DNA of 64,000 bases from a virus. Numbering within the stretch: position 1 is the stretch's first letter; the number at the start of each line of letters is the position of its first letter. The notes beneath the pieces were generated by a model, which was not told where the DNA came from, did not search any database, and saw nothing but the letters and a program-made list of their open reading frames with translations. The position numbers and the translations under genes are program-made. The DNA is taken from IMG/VR virus record IMGVR_UViG_648276708_000003; one strand, written 5' to 3'. Below are positions 37,065 to 46,874 of the stretch, piece by piece.

Positions 37065-38575
37065 TGAGCGGTAAGAAGCGCATAAAGAGCGTCACGACAG
37101 ACCCGCGCTGGCGCGACATGGTTATCCGTTACCGCTATAACTGGGCGCTGGCCGTCGTTGAGCTGTTTGGCATGATCCCCACCTGGCAGCAGGAAGAGAT
37201 CATGAACTCCGTACAGGAGACCGGGAGCCAGACTACCGTGACGTCTGGACACGGTACGGGTAAATCATCCCTGACGGCCATGATGCTGCTGATCTACATG
37301 ATCATGTACCCGGATGCCCGCGTAATCATCGTGGCCAACAAAATCGGGCAGGTTAAGACCGGCGTTTTCAAGTATGTCAAAACCTACTGGGCGAACGCCG
37401 CCAGACGTCACCCGTGGCTTCAAAACTACTTTACCCTGACCGACACTATGTTTTACGAGAAGTCGCGTAAGGGCATCTGGGAGGTGCTCTGTAAGGGCTA
37501 TCGCTTGGGAAACGAAGAAGCACTTGCCGGTGAGCACGCCGCACACATTCTGCTGATCCTCGATGAGGCGTCGGGTATCTCTGACAAAGCAATCGCAATC
37601 ATGCGTGGTGCGCTGACAGAAGAAGATAACCGCATGCTGATGATGTCGCAGCCTACTCGCCCCAGTGGTTACTTCTATGACTCGCACCATTCGTTAGCCA
37701 GACACCCGGATAACCCTAACGGCTTCTGGAATGCCATTGTCCTCAATTCCGAGGAAGCGCCGCACGTTACCCTGAAATTCATCCGTGAAAAGCTGGTGGA
37801 GTACGGGGGCCGCGATTCACTGGAATACATGGTGAAGGTGCTGGGCCGCTTCCCGCGCAACGTCAGCGGCTATCTGTTGGGGCGTGACGAGTGCGATCGC
37901 GCAGCGCGCCGGAAAGTGTATCTGGAGAAGGGCTGGGGATGGGTGGCCACCGCCGACGTCGGTAACGGGCGCGATAAGTCGATCCTCAACATCTGCAAGG
38001 TATCCGGGTACGGCGATGCGCGCCGCGTCGTGTCGTTTAAGCTACTGGAAATGCCCGGCACAATGGACCCGATCTCGTTCGGTGACTACATCGCCAACGA
38101 ATGCACCCAGGAGCGCTATCCGGGCATTACCATTGCAGTAGATGGCGACGGCGTGGGTTCGGGTACGCTCAAGCAGCTGGAGCGCCGGGGCGTTAATGCA
38201 ATCAGTATCCGCTGGGGCCAGCCGCCTTTCAGTAAGAAGGTGAGAGAGCGATTCAAGAATCAACGCGCCTGGTCGAACATCATGGCCGCTGACGCGATCC
38301 GGTCGGGCCGGATGCGCATTGATATGTCACAGCACACGGCAGAGCAGGCCTCAAAGATTCCTTACTTCATGGATGAAATGGGGCGGATCATGATGGTGCC
38401 GAAGCCTCAGATGCGTCAGAAACTAAACATCAAATCGCCTGACCGCTGGGATACTTACTGCTTCATCTTCCTGATTGGCTACCGTCCGGCAGAGGCCGAA
38501 CTGAGCGAAGACATGGCTGACTTTACTCAGAGTAAACTGGATGAACTGTCAGAGCTGGACGCGCTGCTTGGCTGA
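37064..38575 (+). CDS. pacB: Terminase large subunit PacB
   Basis: SGHGTGKS Walker A, LILDEASG Walker B, ADVGNGRDKS, SPDRWD nuclease motifs. Confidence 0.92.
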   Translation: MSGKKRIKSVTTDPRWRDMVIRYRYNWALAVVELFGMIPTWQQEEIMNSVQETGSQTTVTSGHGTGKSSLTAMMLLIYMIMYPDARVIIVANKIGQVKTGVFKYVKTYWANAARRHPWLQNYFTLTDTMFYEKSRKGIWEVLCKGYRLGNEEALAGEHAAHILLILDEASGISDKAIAIMRGALTEEDNRMLMMSQPTRPSGYFYDSHHSLARHPDNPNGFWNAIVLNSEEAPHVTLKFIREKLVEYGGRDSLEYMVKVLGRFPRNVSGYLLGRDECDRAARRKVYLEKGWGWVATADVGNGRDKSILNICKVSGYGDARRVVSFKLLEMPGTMDPISFGDYIANECTQERYPGITIAVDGDGVGSGTLKQLERRGVNAISIRWGQPPFSKKVRERFKNQRAWSNIMAADAIRSGRMRIDMSQHTAEQASKIPYFMDEMGRIMMVPKPQMRQKLNIKSPDRWDTYCFIFLIGYRPAEAELSEDMADFTQSKLDELSELDALLG

Positions 38576-38701
38576 CCACCAGCAGGCAACCACTATAGTC
38601 AGCAATCGACTGAAATTTGGTCAGGCCGACTGATTTACGGCCACAAAAAAGGGCGCTTATGCGCCCTTCTGTTTTCCCTGCTGGTGGCAAAATATTCGTT
38701 A

Positions 38702-39781
38702 TTATTTTTCCTGATTTTTCAGGTTACTTTCCAGCTCTCGCAGGAGGCTGTACATGTTGCGCATATTCTTTCCGGCGCGTGGCTCTTCGCCACCGTAGCG
38801 CTTGCGGATCTCCGGCATGGTCAGCTGTTCGGTATCGCCTGCAGCAACCTTCTTCTCTAGCAGCGCCCAGTCGTATGCTTCCAGCTTTTCCAGCAGGTCA
38901 CGGTTTTCGTCGATTTCAGCCTTGAACAGACGTGCTTCTTGCGCGTCCTTTGCCTTCGCAATCTTCGCCTTTGCCCTGGTCTCAAACTGAGTGCGGCGCG
39001 TGTTCACCGTATAGGCCACAGAAGAACGCTGAGCGGCCAGCTGCTTGCTGTAATCCACGTCTTCAATCGTGTACAGCTTGGCATTCGGCAGTACTGAGCA
39101 TGCCACAGGGGAAATCGCGTCGTAAGAGGACGTGTAACCGCCGTTGCTGTTAACGTTCAGCCTGATATCACGCTCTTTGTTCAGCTTTTCACCGTAGATA
39201 AGCATGCCGTGCGCGCCATAACGAAACGATTCGCCCTCGTCTTTTTTGTCGTCGGTGTAGCGCGCAGTCACCTGAATGTCAGAGTAGTTGCTGGTGCGGG
39301 CGCGGTACATTGCGCCAGGCGCTGCGGCTTCAAACGCCTTCATTTCGTCTTCCAGTGACATGATGGCACCGGCAGCGAACGGAACCTTGCGCAGCTTGCC
39401 GATCTGCTTCTCATAACGCTTCAGGATATCTTCGCGGGTGTGGTTCGCGGTCGCCGTAGCGCGGAAGCGGTTGATAGTGACGTGCTTCGGCTCAACGATC
39501 AGGGTCGGCACCGGCAGGTAAAGGTTAGTCGTAATAGCGATAGAGCGCGCCTGACGTTTCTCTTCTGCCAGGTCGGCAAAGCTCTGCCAGTCGGCCAGCA
39601 GGTGCTCTGCGCGCTGAAAGGTCTTCTTGTCAGTAATAAAGCCGATCGGGCGGCATTCTTCGCCCATAGCGTTTTTATCAATGAAAATCTGGTTGTCCGT
39701 GATGAGAGTCAGCCACTCTTTTTGTACCTGTAGAAAATGTTTATAGCGCTTCTCAAATTCTACATCGCTGAAGTTAGGCAT
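38702..39781 (-). CDS. c1: C1 repressor homologue
   Basis: LYLPVPT and SSYDAISPVAC..LP.AKLY.I.DV align with recalled P1 C1; position between pacB and lox/cre. Confidence 0.8.
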   Translation of the reverse strand: MPNFSDVEFEKRYKHFLQVQKEWLTLITDNQIFIDKNAMGEECRPIGFITDKKTFQRAEHLLADWQSFADLAEEKRQARSIAITTNLYLPVPTLIVEPKHVTINRFRATATANHTREDILKRYEKQIGKLRKVPFAAGAIMSLEDEMKAFEAAAPGAMYRARTSNYSDIQVTARYTDDKKDEGESFRYGAHGMLIYGEKLNKERDIRLNVNSNGGYTSSYDAISPVACSVLPNAKLYTIEDVDYSKQLAAQRSSVAYTVNTRRTQFETRAKAKIAKAKDAQEARLFKAEIDENRDLLEKLEAYDWALLEKKVAAGDTEQLTMPEIRKRYGGEEPRAGKNMRNMYSLLRELESNLKNQEK

Positions 39782-39867
39782 AATTGTATTCCAAAAAAAT
39801 TAATGAGCGGTGCAAGTCTCTCTGGACTTAATGGTGGCGAATATAGACAGAATCAGTAGACATGTAA

Positions 39868-39887
39868 AATTAACTCTCCTTAGAATT
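39868..39887 (-). promoter_or_regulatory. Candidate C1-like operator upstream of c1
   Basis: Minus strand AATTCTAAGGAGAGTTAATT (one-base shorter spacer). Confidence 0.45.
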
Positions 39888-40168
39888 GCAATAATAAGAA
39901 TAGTCTGCATTGTGCATCTGTCAGATATTTCTGCTGTACACGCTTATTAATGAAACTTTGTGTTCAGGGTTGTGTAACAGGTATCAGGTGCAAAGCGCCT
40001 AGGCCAATGGTCCCGACTGATAATAGTTACCTTTAACAATCAATTTGCATGCCAAATCATCATATATGAAGGCATGGTGCCGATCACGAACAATAACGTA
40101 ACGAATTTGCAAATTTTTCGATTTGGCTACTCTTGCAGGCAGTCACTGTACAAAAAGTGTCAAAACGG

Positions 40169-40202
40169 GAAACTTTAAATAATAAGTCTTATATAAAGTT
40201 TC
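40169..40202. other. lox-type recombination site (pox-like)
   Basis: GAAACTTTAAATA-ATAAGTCT-TATATAAAGTTTC, 13-8-13 architecture upstream of recombinase. Confidence 0.88.
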
Positions 40203-40392
40203 CCCTGATTCATGTATGCTTGATCAGTGGTTGATGATCAAATGATCAGGTAAGCGAAGCCGCTGGCAAAATGTATGCTTTCTGAGCGGTTTTGCACCAG
40301 GCGTCGCTACGTGAAATCTGACGTATCACACCCCTGCTGTTTTCGTAGATTTCGCGTAGCGTTGTCTCTCTGATTTGGGATGAAATATATAA

Positions 40393-41424
40393 ATGAAACA
40401 TCTGGCTCAAATAAAGACCGGCGCACTCCCGGCAGAATTAACGCAATTAACGCCGGAAGACATTGCAAATAACCTGCGCAGATTCATCGCAGATAAGGCC
40501 GCTTATTCCGAGAATACTTTCCGCGACCTGTTATCTGTTATCCGGCGCTGGGCCTTCTGGTGTAACGAGCGCGATGTGGGCTACCTGCCGATCGACCCGG
40601 AGCTGGCGCGGGAGTACTTTCTGCAGATGGCAGAAAGCGGCCTGGCATCGAGCACGATCGACAAACACTATGCCATGATGAACATGCTGTGCCGGGAAAG
40701 CGGCCTGCCAGATCTCCGGGGAAGCGTGGACCTGAAACGCTCCATGAAACGCATCCGCCGCGAGGCCGTGCTGCAGGGTGAGCGCACCGGCCAGGCTGTG
40801 CCGTTCCGCCTGCCGGACCTGCAGCTGCTGTCGCATCTCATGGGCCGCTCCGACCGGCTGACCGATCAGCGCAACCTGGCGTTTCTGTTTGTGGCCTACA
40901 ACACCCTGTGCCGTATGTCCGAACTCAGCCGCATCCGGGTGCGCGACCTGGATATCAGTGACAGTGGCCATGTGGTGATAAACCTGTCACACACTAAAAC
41001 GATGGTGACGGCCGCGGGCGTGATCAAGCACCTCAGCCGCGCCGCTGCCGGTCATCTGATGCACTGGCTGGAGCTGTCCGGGCTGATTCATCATCCGGAC
41101 GCGATGGTTTTCGGCCCGGTCCGCCACAACAACACAGCTGGCGTGTCTGAAAAGCCAATGTCTGCACCGGCGACCGAGAAGATTTTCAAAGACGCATGGG
41201 ATCTGCTGGGGAAAGAGCCGGTCCAGGACAACAAAGGCCGCTACGCCAAATGGTCCGGCCACAGCGCCCGCGTGGGTGCCGCGATGGATATGGCCGAACG
41301 TGACGCGACGATTACTCAGATCATGCAGGAAGGCACCTGGCAGGATCCGAAAACTGTTATGCGCTACCTCCGCCGCTCTGAAAGTCAGAAAGGGAAAATG
41401 TCGGGAATACTGGACGGAGAATAG
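40393..41424 (+). CDS. cre: Cre-family tyrosine recombinase (Panto-like)
   Basis: 343 aa; AYSENTFRDL, YNTLCRMSEL, HTKT, WSGHSARVGAA.DM, VMRY catalytic motifs. Confidence 0.93.
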   Translation: MKHLAQIKTGALPAELTQLTPEDIANNLRRFIADKAAYSENTFRDLLSVIRRWAFWCNERDVGYLPIDPELAREYFLQMAESGLASSTIDKHYAMMNMLCRESGLPDLRGSVDLKRSMKRIRREAVLQGERTGQAVPFRLPDLQLLSHLMGRSDRLTDQRNLAFLFVAYNTLCRMSELSRIRVRDLDISDSGHVVINLSHTKTMVTAAGVIKHLSRAAAGHLMHWLELSGLIHHPDAMVFGPVRHNNTAGVSEKPMSAPATEKIFKDAWDLLGKEPVQDNKGRYAKWSGHSARVGAAMDMAERDATITQIMQEGTWQDPKTVMRYLRRSESQKGKMSGILDGE

Positions 41425-41441
41425 AGACTTACATTTATTGA

Positions 41442-41461
41442 AATCTAAAGAAATAATAATT
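41442..41461 (+). promoter_or_regulatory. Candidate C1-like operator after cre
   Basis: AATCTAA-AGAAATAA-TAATT. Confidence 0.55.
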
Positions 41462-41517
41462 GTAACGTTACCATTTATCCCCCACAATTCGGGCCATCCC
41501 GCATCCTGCGAATACCG

Positions 41518-41850
41518 ATGGCCAGACAACAAATCTTACTTACGCGCACGTTCTCCATTGACGGCCACCAGCTGACCTTTACCGCCATCGAGCGCGGCGG
41601 AGTGGCGCTGGTGGAATACGGCGTGTCTACGCTGTCAGAAGCCGCACCACTGCTGACCCTCGAAAAACCCAGGATCGACCAATACAGCGCCTGCTACTAC
41701 GTGGAAAACATCACCGACCGCGCCGCAAATAAGCTACTGGAGTATTTCAGAAGTGAATTTGCCGCAGTTGTCGGGCTGGTGGACCGCGCTTTCACCCAGC
41801 AGGAAACCAACACCTTAAGCAGCCGGGAACGGCTCTTTATGGGGAAATAA
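41518..41850 (+). CDS. Hypothetical protein
   Basis: 110 aa, first gene after the operator. Confidence 0.65.
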   Translation: MARQQILLTRTFSIDGHQLTFTAIERGGVALVEYGVSTLSEAAPLLTLEKPRIDQYSACYYVENITDRAANKLLEYFRSEFAAVVGLVDRAFTQQETNTLSSRERLFMGK

Positions 41851-42308
41851 TGTCTGTTACCGGCAACGTCGTTAACTTCTTCGTGGCTGTGGCAATGGCA
41901 CACGACGTCTCTAACCCTATCGGCTCCTATTCCAGCGGCTCCTACGTCGATTCCTGCACCGGGCAGTACTGGGGCGAGGAAATATTCAGGCACCCCAAAA
42001 CCGTCGCATCCCTCGCTAAACACGGCGCGATCGAGTACGCCCGCGACCCGGACCAGGGCGAAGTCATTCGCTTTGAAGACCGGCGCGAAGTGCTCAGCGA
42101 GTTTGCGCGTGGCTACGCCGACGCAGAGGACGGCCAGTGTACCGAGGAAGGCGCGATCGAGTCTGTCGTGCCGCATGCCTACCTTTCAGGAGCGCAGTTC
42201 TGCCGCAGGCGCAGCAAGCTGGGCGGCATGGCCTTCAGGCTGGATCAGGGGCGCGTGTGTCACGGCGTGGTGTGCGTTGATACGGGCGAGAAGTGGACGC
42301 AGGACTAA
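41850..42308 (+). CDS. Hypothetical protein
   Basis: Coupled to upstream stop. Confidence 0.7.
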   Translation: MSVTGNVVNFFVAVAMAHDVSNPIGSYSSGSYVDSCTGQYWGEEIFRHPKTVASLAKHGAIEYARDPDQGEVIRFEDRREVLSEFARGYADAEDGQCTEEGAIESVVPHAYLSGAQFCRRRSKLGGMAFRLDQGRVCHGVVCVDTGEKWTQD

Positions 42309-42415
42309 AGAAAAAGGGAGCCATTGCTGGCTCCCTTATCCCGTTCGTTCTGGTTCAAACGTTAACCACTGGATGTAGGTATCCGAAATAAACCAATGGC
42401 AAGGATAACAGAACA

Positions 42416-42907
42416 TTGAAGCGCCTTTTACCAAAACTTAAAGTTTTTCGCGCCCGATATCCGGAAACGGCCTCAGCTGTGCTGATGCTGCTGAAGGATG
42501 AGCGTATCGCCACGCGCCGCCGCTTTACCCGCGCCCTGCCGGACACGTCAACGCATGTCATCCGGGGAACGCTGTTGGACCTCCTTAAAAATGGACTGAT
42601 CACGCGATCCATTGATAACGAGTACAGCCTGGCGGTGACGCCCGCGTATGCCGCCAGACTGACGCCCCTGAAAATGGGGAAGACCGAAGAGTACATTCTG
42701 ATTCTGCTCGATCAGAACCGGTACATCACCGCCAGACAGGTGCGCCAGGAGTTTGATGTAAGCCATTCCCTCTTCCTGCAGTCCGTGAAGAAACTGATTG
42801 CACGCGGGCTGGTGGAGTACACAGACGTCCCTCTCTATGAGAACTCTGTCCGCAAGCGCCGCCATTACACCTTTAAATCACCGGAGTTAAGCCATGCCTC
42901 AAATTAA
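42416..42907 (+). CDS. Tandem winged-helix DNA-binding protein
   Basis: Two wHTH-like units (L.DLLKNGLI.R; VKKLIARGLVE). Confidence 0.65.
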   Translation: MKRLLPKLKVFRARYPETASAVLMLLKDERIATRRRFTRALPDTSTHVIRGTLLDLLKNGLITRSIDNEYSLAVTPAYAARLTPLKMGKTEEYILILLDQNRYITARQVRQEFDVSHSLFLQSVKKLIARGLVEYTDVPLYENSVRKRRHYTFKSPELSHASN

Positions 42908-43478
42908 GATCAAACGTCTCACACCAGACGCCAAACTGCCGTTCCGTGGTTCGGACGGCGCTGCAGCGTGGGATATCACCGCGCTGGACGTGAAAAATAA
43001 CGTCGTACTGACTCAAGGCGCAACCCGTCAGCCGCGTGCGTGGTGGGTCACGACCGGACTGGCCGTGGAGATCCCATCTGGCTACTGCATGAAGATTTAT
43101 CCTCGTTCCGGGCTGGCTGTGAACAACTTCCTGCGCCTGGCGAACAACGTGGCCATCATCGACAGCGATTATCGTGGCGAGATCAAACTGCGCATGATTG
43201 CCGATGAAGGCGGTCAGTTCATTGAGCCGAAGGCTGGCATGGTCATCGCGCAGGCAACGATCGAGAAAGTTGAGTCAGTCACCTGGAAAGAAGTCGATCA
43301 GCTGTCAGAAACTGCCCGTGGCGATGGCGGCTTTGGGTCTACTACGCCGGTACAGACCAACCCGACGCCTGTCGAAGACAATACCAGCACGACCGCTGCC
43401 GACTCGCAGGAACCCGCTCAGGCTGAAGAATCAGCGGTGAACGAAACCAGCACCAACACTAAGACCACCAGCAAATAA
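42894..43478 (+). CDS. dut: dUTPase
   Basis: A.WDI, TGLAVEIP, IYPRSGLA, IIDSDYRGEIK, RG.GGFGST. Confidence 0.92.
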   Translation: MPQIKIKRLTPDAKLPFRGSDGAAAWDITALDVKNNVVLTQGATRQPRAWWVTTGLAVEIPSGYCMKIYPRSGLAVNNFLRLANNVAIIDSDYRGEIKLRMIADEGGQFIEPKAGMVIAQATIEKVESVTWKEVDQLSETARGDGGFGSTTPVQTNPTPVEDNTSTTAADSQEPAQAEESAVNETSTNTKTTSK

Positions 43479-43487
43479 GGCGCGATC

Positions 43488-44282
43488 ATGACTCAGTACA
43501 TTATCAGCAAGACCACGGCCATTGAGGTCAATGAGAAGAACGAGATCGTCCCGGCAAATCTTGAGATTGCGCTTGTGGCCGCACTGGGCTTTGAGCCGCA
43601 GGAAGTTGAAGGCGTCACTGTGTGGGTTAACAAAGATGAGCGCTACTGGCTGCTCCACAGCCAGGAATTGCCGGAGGATGCCGCCAAACGTCAAGAAGCG
43701 GTAGACGCTATCAATGAGAAGACCGGCGCGCTGCCCCTGGCTCCGACGATGGACAAGAGCTTTGCGCAGCTGCTCATGCGTCAGATGTCGATGAACGTCA
43801 CTGGCGAGGCGTTTGTGGACGGTTCGCTTACCGGCGCGTGGCGCGTTGAGACGGTCAGTCCATACATGCCTCATAATGCGCAGCTGCACGGCGTCCTCAC
43901 TGGCAGGCTGCAGCATGTCAGCGTAGTGCATACCTCTCTGCCACTGGCTGTCTGCGTCCTGTTCCTCCAGGCGTTAGGCGTTGGCCAGCATGCTTACGTG
44001 TATATCCCGGATGGCGCAGAGGCCGAGCCACAGCTGATTTACATCACAGTTGAGAACGAGAAAGCCCTGAAAGAAATGGCACCTGAAACGAACCTTTTCC
44101 GCATGGAAGGCCTGGACAAGTTTGCGGTTGTCGGACTGGATGCTGATATGGTGAAAGAGGCCATCGAAAAGGCGCAACTGCAGCGCACTATCCTGCTGGC
44201 TAAGGCGAAAACCGACGCCCCACAGCCTCAGCCGGAGCTGGTGGCCTCAGCGGCAGCGGCTGAACCGCAAAAAGCGGAATAA
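43488..44282 (+). CDS. Hypothetical protein, possible phage ABA-sandwich domain
   Basis: W.V..SLPLAVC.LFL.AL motif. Confidence 0.6.
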   Translation: MTQYIISKTTAIEVNEKNEIVPANLEIALVAALGFEPQEVEGVTVWVNKDERYWLLHSQELPEDAAKRQEAVDAINEKTGALPLAPTMDKSFAQLLMRQMSMNVTGEAFVDGSLTGAWRVETVSPYMPHNAQLHGVLTGRLQHVSVVHTSLPLAVCVLFLQALGVGQHAYVYIPDGAEAEPQLIYITVENEKALKEMAPETNLFRMEGLDKFAVVGLDADMVKEAIEKAQLQRTILLAKAKTDAPQPQPELVASAAAAEPQKAE

Positions 44283-44350
44283 AAGGCGTTAGTACCTGCC
44301 AGAATTAGCAGGTAACAATGCTTCAGGCTGGCGATAAAAGAGCTTGTATA

Positions 44351-44370
44351 AATCTAAGGGTTTGGTAATT
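44351..44370 (+). promoter_or_regulatory. Candidate C1-like operator in promoter spacer
   Basis: AATCTAA-GGGTTTGG-TAATT following TTGTAT. Confidence 0.6.
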
Positions 44371-44535
44371 TGCTAATCGGATGTTTCTTGATTGATGTTG
44401 CCATTAGCCTTTGCTCTCCAAAGCCCCTTAATCGGGGCTTTTTTTATGCCTGTCGATACCCGGCAGGCATTACCTCTGTTGCGTCTTATACTCATCACAG
44501 GAGCTGTATAACGCTTATCAGAATGGAGCATTGCA

Positions 44536-44913
44536 ATGGCCTTTCAGAGCCCCGCCCAGAACTACACTGAAACGCGCCTGAACCTGGGCGATCTGGTATC
44601 CCTTTCCTCCTTCTCAACCTATCTGATGCGCAGTGAATCCGACTGCCCCGGCGCCGGGATTGTCAAAGGGTCCGTGCTGGCCATCGATCGCGCCCTGACG
44701 CCGGCGCACGGCCAGCTTATCGTGGCGGAGTTCGACGGCGAGCTGACACTGAGGCGGCTGTTGCTCAATCCGGTTCCCGCCCTTCAGGCGCTGGACGCGG
44801 ACGAGACAGTAACACTGCTCGATGTGAGCCAGGAGCTTCCTGTGTGGGGTGTGGTGGCTTATGCCCTAACCGATGTGGCCGGGATCGGCTTTAACGGACC
44901 TGCAGGAGATTAA
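44536..44913 (+). CDS. humD: HumD/UmuD'-like protein, protease-dead
   Basis: Begins at MAFQSPA; GDSM replaced by ESDC and VKK by LRR. Confidence 0.75.
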   Translation: MAFQSPAQNYTETRLNLGDLVSLSSFSTYLMRSESDCPGAGIVKGSVLAIDRALTPAHGQLIVAEFDGELTLRRLLLNPVPALQALDADETVTLLDVSQELPVWGVVAYALTDVAGIGFNGPAGD

Positions 44914-44915
44914 GC

Positions 44916-46178
44916 ATGTTTGCACTGGCCGATGCCAATAACTTCTATGCCACCTGTGAAACCGTGTTCAGACCCGATCTGCGCGGTAGACCGATTGTCG
45001 TCGTTTCGAACAATGACGGCTGCGTGATCGCACGTTCGGCGGAGGCAAAGCGCCTGGGAATCAAAATGGCGGCGCCGCTGTTTCTGAATGAGCGTTTTTT
45101 CAGGCAGAACGGCGTGCATGTGTTCAGTTCCAATTATGAGCTGTACGGCGATATGTCGGCCCGGATGATGGCCATACTGGGCGAGATGGCTGCTGGACAG
45201 GAGGTTTACTCTATTGACGAGTCATTTCTGGACGTCACCGGCATCAGCAATGTGATCCCGCTTGAGACGTTCGGACACCAGATGCGTGAGCGTATCCGGA
45301 AGGAAACCGGGCTGATAATTGGCGTAGGGTTCGGACCAACGAAGACGCTGGCCAAGCTGGCTAACCATGCTGCGAAAAAATGGACGCAGACAAAGGGCGT
45401 GGTCGATTTATCCAGCCGGACCCGGCAGCGAAAGCTGCTTCACCTGACCGACGTCGGCGATATATGGGGTATCGGCCCGCGCATTACCAAGCGCATGCAC
45501 CAGCTGGGGATCACTACGGCTCTGCAGCTGGCAGACAGCAATATCAGCATGATCCGGAAAAACTTTGACGTCATCGTTGAGCGGACCACCCGCGAGCTCA
45601 ATGGCGAGTCCTGCATCGCACTGGAAGACGCGCCGCCGCCGAAGCAGAACATCCTTAACTCACGCTCATTTGGTGAGAAGATCACTGAGCTGGAGGACAT
45701 GAAGCAGGCCGTCACACTCTACGCCACCCGTGCAGGAGAAAAGCTGAGAGAGCAGAACTCGCGTTGCCGACATATCAGCGTGTCGATCTCTACCGCTAGG
45801 CACGCAAACGAGCCTCAGTATTCGAATACCGCCTCATGCGTCTGCGACTACCCCACCAGCGACACGCGGGACATAATTGAGTCTGCGCTACGTGGGCTGA
45901 GCACTATCTGGCGCGACGGCTACCGGTATGCAAAAGCAGGCGTCATGCTGGGGGATTTTTACCAGTCTGGCGTGGCGCAGTTTGACATGTTCAGTGAGCA
46001 GCAGCCGCGTGCAAATGCAGATGCCTTAATGGCCGCGCTGGACGCTATCAATCGATCCGGGAGGGGCAAGGTATTCTTCGCTGGACAGGGGGAGCAAGAC
46101 AGCGCGTGGCAGATGAAGCGTGAAATGCTCTCGCCTCGATACACCACACGATTAAAAGATATCCCAGCTATAAAGTAG
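44916..46178 (+). CDS. umuC: Y-family DNA polymerase V UmuC (copy 1)
   Basis: D.NNFYA.CE, SNNDGC, YSIDESF, W.MKRE.LSPRYTT. Confidence 0.93.
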   Translation: MFALADANNFYATCETVFRPDLRGRPIVVVSNNDGCVIARSAEAKRLGIKMAAPLFLNERFFRQNGVHVFSSNYELYGDMSARMMAILGEMAAGQEVYSIDESFLDVTGISNVIPLETFGHQMRERIRKETGLIIGVGFGPTKTLAKLANHAAKKWTQTKGVVDLSSRTRQRKLLHLTDVGDIWGIGPRITKRMHQLGITTALQLADSNISMIRKNFDVIVERTTRELNGESCIALEDAPPPKQNILNSRSFGEKITELEDMKQAVTLYATRAGEKLREQNSRCRHISVSISTARHANEPQYSNTASCVCDYPTSDTRDIIESALRGLSTIWRDGYRYAKAGVMLGDFYQSGVAQFDMFSEQQPRANADALMAALDAINRSGRGKVFFAGQGEQDSAWQMKREMLSPRYTTRLKDIPAIK

Positions 46179-46454
46179 TGTGATTTTTGGTCGTTATTAC
46201 GACAACGTAGCCCTCGTCATCAGAGCTTTTTTTTCTGCTGGTGGTCAACCAATGACCAACTTTCAGTAGTGACTTGCAACAGTCCGAAAACGGTATTTTC
46301 CCAGTGTTTAAAGGGGATTTAGCACTTTTAGCTTTGCCAAATCTACTACTGTTACGTAGATTTAGTGGACCGTTGTCGAATGTCGACAACCGACTTGATT
46401 GGCTCACATAAACGAGCTGCCTGGTGATACACGTATCCCGGCTAAGGTGGAAAA

Positions 46455-46874
46455 ATGTTACATAGCGAAGCAAGAGCGAAAAGCGAACGTTCAATTCACA
46501 CAATTAATGATAACACTCGTGTTTTTGACACGATTGAATCACGCTCACTACTGGCTGACACTGTTCAAGTGCGCAGCATGCTTAGCCGTACCCACAAAGA
46601 ATCTCAGCATTTCATCGTAACCCTGTTAAGCGATGTTATGCGTGCTCAGGACACAGAGGTAGTTAAGCCTCTTGCTGAACTGGCCATTCGCGACAATAAG
46701 GTTCGCTTTACTGTGAAGCCAAAAAAACAGTATCCAAACCTGCGAATCAACGAAGAAATACTTCACATGATTGAGAAGTCAATTGCTCACTTCATGAAAG
46801 ATAAGTTCAGTACCAAAGTGCTCGTTAGCACTGATATGAATCGGGATGGCGTAAAGGAATGGCACCTACTGTAA
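46455..46874 (+). CDS. Hypothetical protein, partner of downstream GNAT
   Basis: Lower GC; overlaps next ORF by 16 nt. Confidence 0.6.
   Translation: MLHSEARAKSERSIHTINDNTRVFDTIESRSLLADTVQVRSMLSRTHKESQHFIVTLLSDVMRAQDTEVVKPLAELAIRDNKVRFTVKPKKQYPNLRINEEILHMIEKSIAHFMKDKFSTKVLVSTDMNRDGVKEWHLL

Noticed and set aside
40212-40281. Two ATGTATGCT copies matching the loxP spacer
   Set aside because: No flanking 13-bp arms; the true site is 40169-40202
44504-44521. LexA box upstream of humD
   Set aside because: CTG-N12-CAG has the wrong spacing; at most a half site
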